Of a DNA stretch of 14,241 nucleotides, positions 1-8,398 are shown one piece after another. The notes under the pieces were generated by a model. That model was not told the DNA's origin and did no database searches. It saw only the letters and a list, made by a program, of their open reading frames with translations. This stretch comes from Planctomycetota bacterium. Lineage in GTDB: Bacteria; Planctomycetota; GCA-002687715; DRQF01. Position numbers and translations under genes: made by a program. The number at the start of each line of letters is the position of its first letter. Position 1 is the first letter of the stretch. The stretch covers positions 1-14,241 of the forward strand of contig JALTLO010000178.1 of the NCBI GenBank assembly GCA_027001995.1, given 5' to 3'.

Positions 1-1
1 G

Positions 2-970
2 CAGAATCAGTTTATTCGCCCCAACGGTTCCATCGCTTTCGATTCTGGTGTCTTTGGCTACAACAATCCTTCAGCCTATGGCGGCTCTTGGTGGTGGGGT
101 GGATACAATATTCCCGAGATGAATTCGGTTCCCGGTGTGTGGAAGATTCGAATCAGATTGAACGGCAAGATTGTCGCCGACGCCCCGATTCGGGTGTTGC
201 CGACCACGCCTGTCAATCTTTCGCCTTCTGCCGTATCTGTCGTGTTTTCTCCTGCGGCACCTATGGTCGATGAGCCACTCCAGTGTCGAGTAACGAGTGA
301 TCACATCGTGGCTGATCCAGACTACGACATTGTGCGGCACCGCTGGCAATGGAAGGTCAATGGCAGTGTTGTTCGAGACATTACGACGGCAGCTAGGACG
401 GATGTGATTCCTGGCAATCTATTCGTCGCTGGTGACTTGGTGAGCTGCGATGTGACGCCAAGTGATGGGACACTCGCAGGCCCTTCGACTCTCATCTCTG
501 CTCAAGCCACTGACGGGTCTCCTTATCCCGGATCAGGAGAAGATTTCGAACTCACCACAGGGATCAACGCCGGGCCGAGTTCGACCCCTGCGATTAAGTC
601 TGCGACGGCTGGTGACCTTCTGACGGTTCACATCGAGTCGCCAATGGGATCCTATGATTTCCTTCCGGCTTACCTTTATGGTCAAACTTTTGTCACCGGA
701 TTTCCACCGGCTCAACCGATCCTTTATCCAGAAGTTCATATTGACTTTGAGCCGACAGCTCCGACTCCGGCCATTCTTCTGTACTCGCCTTACATGAATT
801 TGTTTGCTCCCACAGTCTTACCAATGGGGGGCATGACTTTTACTTATTCTGTACCGGCGCAGATGGCAGGAGTCAGCTTCTTGATGCAGGCCTACTCCCT
901 TGCGGGAAGTGCCAACACAGGGACTTCATGGTTTACTGCCACGGATGCTCATGAAGTGCAAATCATGTAA
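2..970 (+). CDS. 3' part of a probable secreted/surface protein (Ig-like beta-rich domain plus C-terminal domain); 5'-truncated by the window edge
   Basis: The frame of ORF 119..970 is open back to base 2 (QNQFIRPNGSIAFDSGVFGY...WWWGGYNIPEM). Composition is rich in Pro/Thr/Val/Gly, with an Ig-like segment DPDYDIVRHRWQWKVNG...VSCDVTPSDG. Ends TAA, followed by a hairpin. Function not assignable. Confidence 0.8.
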   Translation, partial: QNQFIRPNGSIAFDSGVFGYNNPSAYGGSWWWGGYNIPEMNSVPGVWKIRIRLNGKIVADAPIRVLPTTPVNLSPSAVSVVFSPAAPMVDEPLQCRVTSDHIVADPDYDIVRHRWQWKVNGSVVRDITTAARTDVIPGNLFVAGDLVSCDVTPSDGTLAGPSTLISAQATDGSPYPGSGEDFELTTGINAGPSSTPAIKSATAGDLLTVHIESPMGSYDFLPAYLYGQTFVTGFPPAQPILYPEVHIDFEPTAPTPAILLYSPYMNLFAPTVLPMGGMTFTYSVPAQMAGVSFLMQAYSLAGSANTGTSWFTATDAHEVQIM

Positions 971-996
971 GCAGCAGAAGTCGCGCCGTTTCCTTT

Positions 997-1030
997 GGGT
1001 CTCAAGTCACTGTGGCTTGGGACCCGTTTA
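997..1030 (+). terminator. Stem-loop after the first CDS, probable intrinsic terminator
   Basis: GGGTCTCAAGTCA-CTG-TGGCTTGGGACCC forms a 13-bp stem with two G-U pairs, starting 26 nt after the stop. Only a weak tail (GTTTA) follows. Confidence 0.55.
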
Positions 1031-1101
1031 TCATGACGCTCGTCTGAAAGAAGAATAAAGAGGAAAAGGCATCAATCGGCGGGAGCCGCTATTTCGCGGC
1101 C

Positions 1102-1131
1102 TTGACAGTGGCCAAGTGAAGGAAGTATTGT
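1102..1131 (+). promoter_or_regulatory. Putative sigma70-type promoter for the kinase-ECF operon
   Basis: Perfect TTGACA (1102-1107), 18-nt spacer, then TATTGT (1126-1131), in intergenic DNA upstream of the kinase. Confidence 0.5.
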
Positions 1132-1311
1132 TGCTTTCTCCGAACCTTGAGTTCGGGTGTATGGACATCAGGCTCTTGTGGTGCGCTCCATTGGTTTCGT
1201 TTCGCCAGACGATGACTGGTCTTTGGCAAAACCGATGAAACTGATTTGTTTGTGAGATCGGCCACGACGATGTAGACAGCCTTCCTGAATTGAATTGACG
1301 GGGGAAGATGA

Positions 1312-2268
1312 ATGGGTGCTGAGGTCGAGAGAGACTCTGACGACTTTTTTGAACATTACGAGCGGGGCATGCGTATCTATTCCCAGTGGCGTCGGAACCC
1401 TGGGGATTTGGATTTTGATGGACTTTGTCTTCGTTTTTCTACGGAGCGCGATGTCCTTGTGGCGCTTCATGAAGACCCCTTGCGCATTGATGATCGGACC
1501 CTCAGCAATCTGGGGCCCTATGAACTCGATCAGCGAATAGGCCACGGCGGGCAAGGATTTGTGTGGTTGTCGTTAGTTGACGGAAGGAAACTTGCAATCA
1601 AGCAGTTGCCCTTACGGGCAAGTGCCGCAGCCAAACGAAGATTTGAGAGAGAAATTCGCACTCTTCGCTCTGTGCCAGCTCATCCCAACATCGTTGCCAT
1701 TGTTGACGCCTCAAAGAATCAAGATCCTCCCTACTATGTGATGGATTTTGTTCCAGGGCCCTCCTTAGATGCTGTCATCGCCAAGAAGGCTGATCGAGCC
1801 TACGGTAGTATGCCTCCGAAGACTGTAAAGAAACTCCGAGCCGCCATCGCTGTCTTCATGGGAGTGGTGGATGCTGTGGCACATTTGCATGCTCATGGTG
1901 TCGTGCACAGCGACATCAAGCCCCACAACATCGTTTTCCAAAGTCCCGATCATCCCATCCTTGTGGATTTCGGATTGGTTCGAGGGACGGGAGAAGGGCT
2001 CTTGGTCACGCAGTCAACGGAGGTGGGGGGGACGCCTTACTACATGAGCCCTGAACAAGTTCGAGGTGAACAATTTGGCCCAGGCTCTGATGTTTTCTCT
2101 TTGGCGGTTACGCTTTTTCAACTTCTCACAGGGAAGGTCCCTTTTTCCGGGGCAACGGCGGGTGAGGTTGGACGAGCTATTGAACAAGAGGAACTTCCTG
2201 ATCTGAGGAAGTTCAACAATTCAGTTGATCGAGATCTCAAGGCGATCATTGAGATTGCAGCGGCCTAG
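1312..2268 (+). CDS. Hanks-type Ser/Thr protein kinase (N-terminal segment of an interrupted kinase-FGE fusion)
   Basis: Motifs GHGGQG, AIK, RFERE, HSDIKPHN, DFG, GTPYYMSPE, SDVFSL. Purine-rich GGGGGAAG lies upstream of the ATG. The ORF stops at TAG before kinase subdomain XI. Confidence 0.9.
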   Translation: MGAEVERDSDDFFEHYERGMRIYSQWRRNPGDLDFDGLCLRFSTERDVLVALHEDPLRIDDRTLSNLGPYELDQRIGHGGQGFVWLSLVDGRKLAIKQLPLRASAAAKRRFEREIRTLRSVPAHPNIVAIVDASKNQDPPYYVMDFVPGPSLDAVIAKKADRAYGSMPPKTVKKLRAAIAVFMGVVDAVAHLHAHGVVHSDIKPHNIVFQSPDHPILVDFGLVRGTGEGLLVTQSTEVGGTPYYMSPEQVRGEQFGPGSDVFSLAVTLFQLLTGKVPFSGATAGEVGRAIEQEELPDLRKFNNSVDRDLKAIIEIAAA

Positions 2269-2313
2269 AACCCTAAGCATCGGTATATCGATGGTCAAGC
2301 TTTTCTTGATGAC

Positions 2314-4059
2314 TTGAAACGGTGGAAAGACGGGATTGCCCCAGAGGCCCGAAGGCGCGCTTTGGTGAACCGGCTCAAAGTTGCGGTCAAGCGCCATCGA
2401 CTTTCTATTGGTCTTTCTGTTGTAACGATCATCATGGGAATCATGATGTTGCAGGTTCGGGCCAGTGAGTTGGAAGCGACGGAGAATGCCAAAAAGGCGG
2501 AGAGGGCAGCCCATGAAGCTGAGTGGGCCCGAAAGGAAGAGAGCGCTGCGCGTCTTGGGGCGCTTGCTCAGAGGGATGAAGCCCAAGCCCTCCTGGAGAA
2601 GGTGGATATTTTCACCAGCGAAGCGCGACTCAGGAATCTAGCAACTGGCGTAAACGGGCTCTATCCAATTGCATTGTCAGGACGCCCAGCGACAGTTCAG
2701 TGGATTCATGAAGTGGATCAACTCTTTGAAAAAGCGCACGAAGTGGCAGGCAGTTTCTTGTCGGTTCGAAGAGAAGAAGACAGTGGTGAGATGGAGCGTC
2801 CCGTGTCGGTCCTGCATGAACGGCTTCGGGTGCTTCGTGAGCATATTGCTCGTGACGAGGGCAGAGTCGGGCACAATTTGGTGAAACATTTTAAACTGTC
2901 AGATCACGATATCTTACATATCGATCAATTGAAGGCTCAGGCCCACGAAGTGGAGTTGGCAATTGTCAATGAACCGCGAGTTCAGTACCGCGATCAAGAA
3001 GGGACCATCAAGGCGACAGCCAATGCGATCATTGACACGATTCGCTTGATTCGTGGAAAACACGGGGCGATGGCTGAGGTCAAGGAGATCATCGCGAGTC
3101 TTGACCGGATAGAAGAGGTTTCAAGCGCCAAGAAAGCCCAAGAGGCTTGGGCTAAGTGCATTAAAGAGGTGGAGGCAGATCCAGTTTATGGTGGCCTTAA
3201 GCTCGTCGATCAGGAAGGTCTCCTTCCTCTTGGCAAGAATCCAAGAACTGGTTTGCAGGAGTTTAGCCACATACTCTCTTCAGCCCCGGGAGCGGAATGG
3301 CCGGGGGAACGGAATCCCAATGGTGGTTTCACTGTGACGAAGGAACGAGGCCTTATTTTTGTTCTTTTGCCTGGGGGCAAGACTCAGGTTGGTGTTCAGG
3401 GTAGAGATCCGAAGAAACCGCTCTTCGGCAAGGTCGGGGCAAAGTGGGGGCAAGTTCATACGCTTAATCTTGATCCTTTCTTTGCTTCCAAGTACGAGTT
3501 GACACAGGCGCAGTGGGGGCGTTTGAACCGTGGTCGTGTACAATGTTTCTCGGCGAATCTTGGGCGTCATACTTGGCCAGCAGATAGTGTGTCTTACGTC
3601 CAGGCTGAAAGCCTTATGAGCAAGTATCTCATGGAGGTACCTAGCTGTGCTCAGTGGGAGTATGCCTGCCGTGGAGGTACGACAACACCATGGCCTTTTG
3701 GCACAAATAAGCGGGATATCGCCAAGTTCGCCAATATCTATGATCCGAAAATACCTGTGGGGATCAGGAATGTCGGCGGCAAGCTTCCCAATAATTTCGG
3801 ACTCTTCGATATGATTGGAAATGTTCAAGAATGGACGACTGATCAGATTCCTTTTGATCACCCACGTTCTGGCGATGGAAAGGTGCCTGACAACGGGGAG
3901 CGCGAAGTACGGCAGATTCGAGGGGGAGGTTATGCAACCGATCCAAATTCTGCCACATCGTTCAATGCGATGGTCGGCATCGCTGAGACTGACGGCGCCA
4001 TGCCTAATGGCTTTCGTCCCATTCGCCGTCTCTTCTTAGCAACAAAAGGCAAAAAGTGA
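2314..4059 (+). CDS. TM helix, coiled coil and FGE-sulfatase (SUMF1/formylglycine-generating enzyme-like) domain (C-terminal segment of the fusion)
   Basis: Hydrophobic LSIGLSVVTIIMGIMML (2401-2451). FGE-family motifs LLPGG, KYELTQAQW, AQWEYACRGG, PNNFGLFDMIGNVQEW, RGG, GFRP. Same frame as the kinase; the TTG start is probably not a real start. Confidence 0.85.
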   Translation: MKRWKDGIAPEARRRALVNRLKVAVKRHRLSIGLSVVTIIMGIMMLQVRASELEATENAKKAERAAHEAEWARKEESAARLGALAQRDEAQALLEKVDIFTSEARLRNLATGVNGLYPIALSGRPATVQWIHEVDQLFEKAHEVAGSFLSVRREEDSGEMERPVSVLHERLRVLREHIARDEGRVGHNLVKHFKLSDHDILHIDQLKAQAHEVELAIVNEPRVQYRDQEGTIKATANAIIDTIRLIRGKHGAMAEVKEIIASLDRIEEVSSAKKAQEAWAKCIKEVEADPVYGGLKLVDQEGLLPLGKNPRTGLQEFSHILSSAPGAEWPGERNPNGGFTVTKERGLIFVLLPGGKTQVGVQGRDPKKPLFGKVGAKWGQVHTLNLDPFFASKYELTQAQWGRLNRGRVQCFSANLGRHTWPADSVSYVQAESLMSKYLMEVPSCAQWEYACRGGTTTPWPFGTNKRDIAKFANIYDPKIPVGIRNVGGKLPNNFGLFDMIGNVQEWTTDQIPFDHPRSGDGKVPDNGEREVRQIRGGGYATDPNSATSFNAMVGIAETDGAMPNGFRPIRRLFLATKGKK

Positions 4060-4108
4060 GTTCGCTTTGTTCACATTCGGTGTTTCGCAGGTTGGAGAAA
4101 CGAACGCT

Positions 4109-4699
4109 ATGACTGAATTTAACGACCTATTCGAACGTGCGAAGAAACAAGAGCCAGACGCTATCAACGAACTGCTTGACCTTCTTCGGCCTATTGCTGA
4201 ACGCTATGCTCACTCGAAACGGAGTCAGGCCCATCGATGGCTGGAAGACACGGTTGACATTGTTCAACAGGTGCTCTTTGATTTCTCGGTCAAACTACCG
4301 AAAGTTGATTTTTCTAATGAGACAGCTTGCCGTTCCTACGTCCTGAAAGCCATCGAGAATCGGCTGCGTAGTCAGCATAACTGGATGGATCGGGAGAAGA
4401 GAGCCCAAAATCGGGGTCAGCGGGTTGCAACCGGATTTGAGTTGCAAGGTGACAAACGGTTTCTCAATGACCAGGATGGAGCCTTGACGGATTTGGGGAA
4501 ACGGGAGCGTATTGAAAAAATGAAGAATAAAGTTCAATCCTTGCCTTCAGCTGATCAAGAGCTGCTGCGGTTGCGAGATACAGAAGGCGAAACTTGGCCC
4601 ACAATCGCCAAGAAGATGGATGTGAGCGCAGACGCCGCTCGTCAGCGTTACAACCGCATCATCCAAGCCCTTCATGGGCAGCTGCGAGAGTCACCATAG
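4109..4699 (+). CDS. ECF-type RNA polymerase sigma-70 factor (kinase-associated, planctomycete-like)
   Basis: Region 2 EDTVDIVQQV...AIENRLR and region 4 LPSADQELLRLRD...WPTIAKKMDVSADAARQRYNR. ATG 4109 is preferred over TTG 4067 because of GGAG at 4094-4097. Confidence 0.9.
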   Translation: MTEFNDLFERAKKQEPDAINELLDLLRPIAERYAHSKRSQAHRWLEDTVDIVQQVLFDFSVKLPKVDFSNETACRSYVLKAIENRLRSQHNWMDREKRAQNRGQRVATGFELQGDKRFLNDQDGALTDLGKRERIEKMKNKVQSLPSADQELLRLRDTEGETWPTIAKKMDVSADAARQRYNRIIQALHGQLRESP

Positions 4700-4743
4700 C
4701 TGTTTTGTTTGCTTTTGGGATTTTCTTGATGTGGGTGAATTTT

Positions 4744-5358
4744 TCACATCTCGACGCTGGGTGGTAACCCCTTTTTCTTGAGTTCAGCCACTTTCTTGGC
4801 GAGGCGCTTGAGGGCTCTTCCGAAGCGCATTCGCGCCGCATCGGGGGTAGAGTTGATTGTCTTGGCTAAGTCGTCGAAACTGAGATTCTGGAATTGCCGA
4901 AGTTCAATGACTTCCCGGTCTGTTTGAGATATGAGTTCAAGGGCGACATCCAAGATGGCCATGGATTCTCTCTTGCCGGCTTCTGTTCCTGGTCCGTCGA
5001 TGGAGTCCATGCGATCTAAGTCAATGATCCTCTGAGTTCCTCGTTTTTCGGCTTGGAGTCCTCGATGTTTGTCGATTAGGACATTGATAGCGATGCGGGC
5101 GGTGAGGGCCCGAAAGGCTTTGGGGTCAGAAACGAGGTATTTAGGGCCGCTCTTGAGTACCCTTAGGACGGTTTCTTGAACCACATCCACGCTGTCGAAT
5201 TCAACCCGAATCTCTGGACCAATGCGCTGACGCACAACCTGCCGGATCCATGGCATATGTCTGGCCAAGAGGGTCTGGAGCGCCGTTTCGTCACCTTCAT
5301 GGGTACTCTTGAGGAGATCACGGGTATTGTCGTGTGATTGGGACTGAGATCGGGTCAT
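4744..5358 (-). CDS. ECF-type RNA polymerase sigma-70 factor (kinase-associated, planctomycete-like)
   Basis: Motifs GDETALQTLL, FDSVDVVQET, IAINVLID and DREVIELRQFQNLSFDDLA...DAARMRFGRALKRL. ATG 5358 chosen; the ORF track extends to 5388. Confidence 0.9.
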   Translation of the reverse strand: MTRSQSQSHDNTRDLLKSTHEGDETALQTLLARHMPWIRQVVRQRIGPEIRVEFDSVDVVQETVLRVLKSGPKYLVSDPKAFRALTARIAINVLIDKHRGLQAEKRGTQRIIDLDRMDSIDGPGTEAGKRESMAILDVALELISQTDREVIELRQFQNLSFDDLAKTINSTPDAARMRFGRALKRLAKKVAELKKKGLPPSVEM

Positions 5359-5598
5359 AGGAGGTTCTCTTTCTCTGGAAAAGATCACATCTTGCGATCT
5401 TAGACCATTTCATTGTGTTGTCATCTGGAGACGGTGGGAATTGGCGATTCGAACAGTTTCTTTCGTGTTTTCTTGTTTTCTTGTTCGCTTTGGCCCTGAG
5501 AGGCGTTTTCCCCAATAACTATGCGTTGCCTTGGTATTCATGAGTAGTTGGGGCATCCACTCCAAGCAAGACTGTTGAAAATTCGGAAGGGAAAGACC

Positions 5599-8046
5599 TT
5601 GAAGATAACTTGCCGTGCATGTGTGATTCTAATCCTGTGCCTATTCTGCCAACAAATTGGCGCTCAAACAGAATCTTACGTACCCAAGAAAGTTCGCTCG
5701 AACCTGAAGGTTCAGCTCCGTAAGTGGTTTCAGTATCGTGCCAGCATTTTTGGGATTTGCCGAAGCTGTCGCACAACCGGGCTCGATACGCGAGCAGTGC
5801 CGCGTCGTCAGATGATCGAAATGGTGAGCGTTTGGGATGGGCCTTGCCGAGGGACGGGTCGAATTTTTAGTCCATCCGCGTTCAAGCTTATGTTCAAGTT
5901 GTACGCTCCTGATTCGGAGAGTGTTCCCGATGTAACTTTGAACCAAGTGAAGCAAACTTGGAAAAACAGCATGCGTGGACGGGCGAAGACATCGGCAAGT
6001 GTACGAGTCGCATGGACATCCGGCCCATTGGCCTCGGTGGCCCAATTGTTGCGCTTTACCAAGAAGCAAGATCGGGCCTATGAGTCGAAAATTACGAATC
6101 ATGGCGACTTCTATTTTACTGCTGTTGTCAACTCGGAGTACGATGCCACTCCAACTCACTGGGCATATATGTGTGTTGGCCCCAGAAAATGGGAATGGCG
6201 ACTTAGCGATGACGCCGATCTCGCGTCTTGGCGAAGTGAGTTGAAGCGCAAGTTTGAGCAATACGTTTCGACTCTTGAAGGATTTCGGTCTCGTTTGTCG
6301 CAAGGAATCGAAAAGGTCGATGCTGTAGAGAAGGAGTTTCGTGTTTTTAGTCGGTCAAATAGGGCCTTTAGGGAGAGTCGACCCGGTCGCAGTTTCGTGG
6401 CTCTTCTCCAGCTTCTGAGATTTGATCAATCCATTGATATGCTTGCGGATCCAGCCGATAGCGCAGAACGCTATCGCCGATTTGCGAGGAAGCCGGTTTT
6501 CAAAGACACGGATGTTGTTTCTTTGGTTCTTGACCGAGTCAAATGGCATCGCAATCGGATCTTGATTCTTGAAAGAGCGCAGGCTGATATGAGGCGGTTG
6601 AAGGAGAGGCCCCTATGGTCGGTTGATCGTCAAGTTCGGTTCTTGACTGCCATGGTAAAGAGAGATCCCATTTTGGCGGCTGATAAGGGTCTCGGTGAAC
6701 TCTTGGATAAGGCGATCAAGAATCGGAACGCGCTGGAAGGCTCTTTGTCTTCTATGGAGATAGGGAGTGCAGCGCAGGAGCTTGGGAATGCTAGGAAGCT
6801 GTGTCAATTGGGGCGCAGGGGTGAAGCTCTTCAGCGATTGGAGAAGTTGCCTCTCAGTGCCCATGGACCAAGAACAAGGTTGCTCATGGGCCAACTTGAA
6901 CTGGAGTTGGGATATCCCTTGAGAGCTCAAACCACGTTTAAGGCAGTCAATACCGATGATAACGCTTTGGCTCAGGCCGGACTTGCTCTTGCTGGATTGA
7001 ACCTTGGGCAGCCCATAGACGCCCTTCTTAAGACTGTGTTGGCTGCAAGATCAAAATCTCCTGATGATGCTTTTGTGCTTTGGGCGACAGCGAAATGTTT
7101 TATCGCAAGTGATGATCTGAGTGGGGCAACCGAGGTCGCCCGAAAACTGGTGGACTCTCAGCCAATGTGCCCAGAAGCGCATATACTGGTGGCGATAATC
7201 TCAGGGTTAAGACGGGATGAGAAAGTGAGGGTCTTCGAAGCGGAGCGGAGCCTTGAGTTAGATCCTGCTTCGCCAAGGACTCTCGTTCGGGTTGCCGAAG
7301 TTCATGCTGCGGTTAGTGCTGACGAATCCGCGGAAGACGCAGCGAGCCAGGCACTCGCCCTTCAGGCTGACTATATCCCTGCCTTGTGGTCTCGTGCCCG
7401 CATTCGCCAAAAGTCCAACCGACTGGGGCCCGCTTTGACGGATATCTCCCGGGCTTTGCAAGCTAATCCAGAGCATGTGGGGTGTTTGATCACCAAGGAA
7501 TTGATCTTGATTCGGCAGGGAGAATATCGCAGCGCCTTGGACACCGTTGAAGAGTTAATTGAGCTTCAGCCAAACTCGAAGGATCACGTGGTCAAGAAAG
7601 CCTACGTCTTGATCAAGCTGAACGAAAATGAGAAAGCCGCAGAGTATTGCCAATCGAAAATATCGGTCTTATCGGGTGAGCCTCTCTTGTACTACCTAAA
7701 GGGTGTTGCACTCTCTCGTTCCGACAAGCTCTCCGAAGCCCATAGAGCGTTTACTGCTGGCATATCATTCGCTGGAAAAAGAGAAATCTTGCCTTTCTTC
7801 CTTCCGGGAAACGTGAAGGCCAGCAATGATCAAGTGGAACTTGAGCTCTTGTTGCGCTATGAGCGAGGCTTGGTTTCTTACAGGTTGGGACATGATGAAG
7901 CGACGCTCGTGGACCTAAAGCATGTCCTTACCAGTGGAAAGGGTGGGTTCGACGATTGGCTCCTCGCTTGGTTCGCCTTGAGGGGGCTCACTGACAAGGC
8001 AACCAAGCTGCTCCAGCGTTTGGGCTTGGCTGATCGTGACAACTAA
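5599..8046 (+). CDS. Probable secreted tetratricopeptide-repeat (TPR) protein
   Basis: The C-terminal half has successive TPR-like units (ALDTVEELIELQPN, ALTDISRALQANPE, YYLKGVALSRSDKLSEA). TTG 5599 follows GGAAGGGA and gives a signal-peptide-like MKITCRACVILILCLFCQQIGA/Q. The ORF track start is 5548. Confidence 0.85.
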   Translation: MKITCRACVILILCLFCQQIGAQTESYVPKKVRSNLKVQLRKWFQYRASIFGICRSCRTTGLDTRAVPRRQMIEMVSVWDGPCRGTGRIFSPSAFKLMFKLYAPDSESVPDVTLNQVKQTWKNSMRGRAKTSASVRVAWTSGPLASVAQLLRFTKKQDRAYESKITNHGDFYFTAVVNSEYDATPTHWAYMCVGPRKWEWRLSDDADLASWRSELKRKFEQYVSTLEGFRSRLSQGIEKVDAVEKEFRVFSRSNRAFRESRPGRSFVALLQLLRFDQSIDMLADPADSAERYRRFARKPVFKDTDVVSLVLDRVKWHRNRILILERAQADMRRLKERPLWSVDRQVRFLTAMVKRDPILAADKGLGELLDKAIKNRNALEGSLSSMEIGSAAQELGNARKLCQLGRRGEALQRLEKLPLSAHGPRTRLLMGQLELELGYPLRAQTTFKAVNTDDNALAQAGLALAGLNLGQPIDALLKTVLAARSKSPDDAFVLWATAKCFIASDDLSGATEVARKLVDSQPMCPEAHILVAIISGLRRDEKVRVFEAERSLELDPASPRTLVRVAEVHAAVSADESAEDAASQALALQADYIPALWSRARIRQKSNRLGPALTDISRALQANPEHVGCLITKELILIRQGEYRSALDTVEELIELQPNSKDHVVKKAYVLIKLNENEKAAEYCQSKISVLSGEPLLYYLKGVALSRSDKLSEAHRAFTAGISFAGKREILPFFLPGNVKASNDQVELELLLRYERGLVSYRLGHDEATLVDLKHVLTSGKGGFDDWLLAWFALRGLTDKATKLLQRLGLADRDN

Positions 8047-8090
8047 ATCCTGGCCAGAGCTCACTCAGGACCATAGCTCATTCAAATTGT

Positions 8091-8187
8091 TGAATTCGCC
8101 TCTATGCCATTGTGCCGGAGGGATAGGGGTTGGCTCCATGGGTTGGCATTGAGCCCAAGAGATCTCGGCGAAGAGAAGAAAGGGTGG
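8091..8187 (+). repeat. Copy A of a diverged 97-bp direct repeat
   Basis: Aligns by hand with 9608-9704 at about 76 of 99 columns, including the exact 15-mer GGTTGGCATTGAGCC. Confidence 0.85.
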
Positions 8188-8398
8188 TGTAAGAATCGCT
8201 TGGCGTTGCTGGCTCCTGCGTTGCATCAGGGCACTTTTGCTGGGGGGCTCGATCGAGATTGCGGGCCCAAGAGCAACGAAAAAACTCGAGTGCAAGAGCC
8301 TGAAATCACTTGGTCCAATTTGGGCTTTCACCCTAGTCCATTATTGACTGCAGGGACTGGTGACGATGGATTCAATGGTGGGATGGATGGCGGTGGCA

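Larger units (their letters stand above)
1312..4059 (+). pseudogene. Single 915-codon kinase/TM/FGE gene interrupted by one in-frame TAG (nonsense mutation, sequence error or readthrough)
   Basis: Reading through 2266-2268 gives DLKAIIEIAAA*NPKHRYIDGQAFLDDLKRW, which matches the usual kinase C-terminal pattern (...K.P..RY.....DDL.R). No other stop or frameshift is present. Confidence 0.65.

Noticed and set aside
2266..2268. Genome-wide reassignment of TAG or TGA
   Set aside because: TAG ends the first sigma, MATE and glycosyltransferase genes at expected family ends, and TGA ends moxR, the second sigma, the FGE gene and the ArsC-family gene. Standard code 11 fits.
3900..4059. FGE/CLec-fold C-terminus as a diversity-generating retroelement variable region
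   Set aside because: No adenine-variant template repeat and no reverse transcriptase seen in the window. A remote DGR cannot be excluded.
3340..4059. Catalytically active formylglycine-generating enzyme
   Set aside because: The catalytic Cys pair expected after the RGG motif is absent, so this is more likely a binding/sensor domain.
8215..8265. Faint resemblance (GCGTTGCATCAGGGCAC...) to the tRNA terminator loop and tRNA 3' end, a possible attR relic
   Set aside because: Too short and gapped to distinguish from chance by eye.
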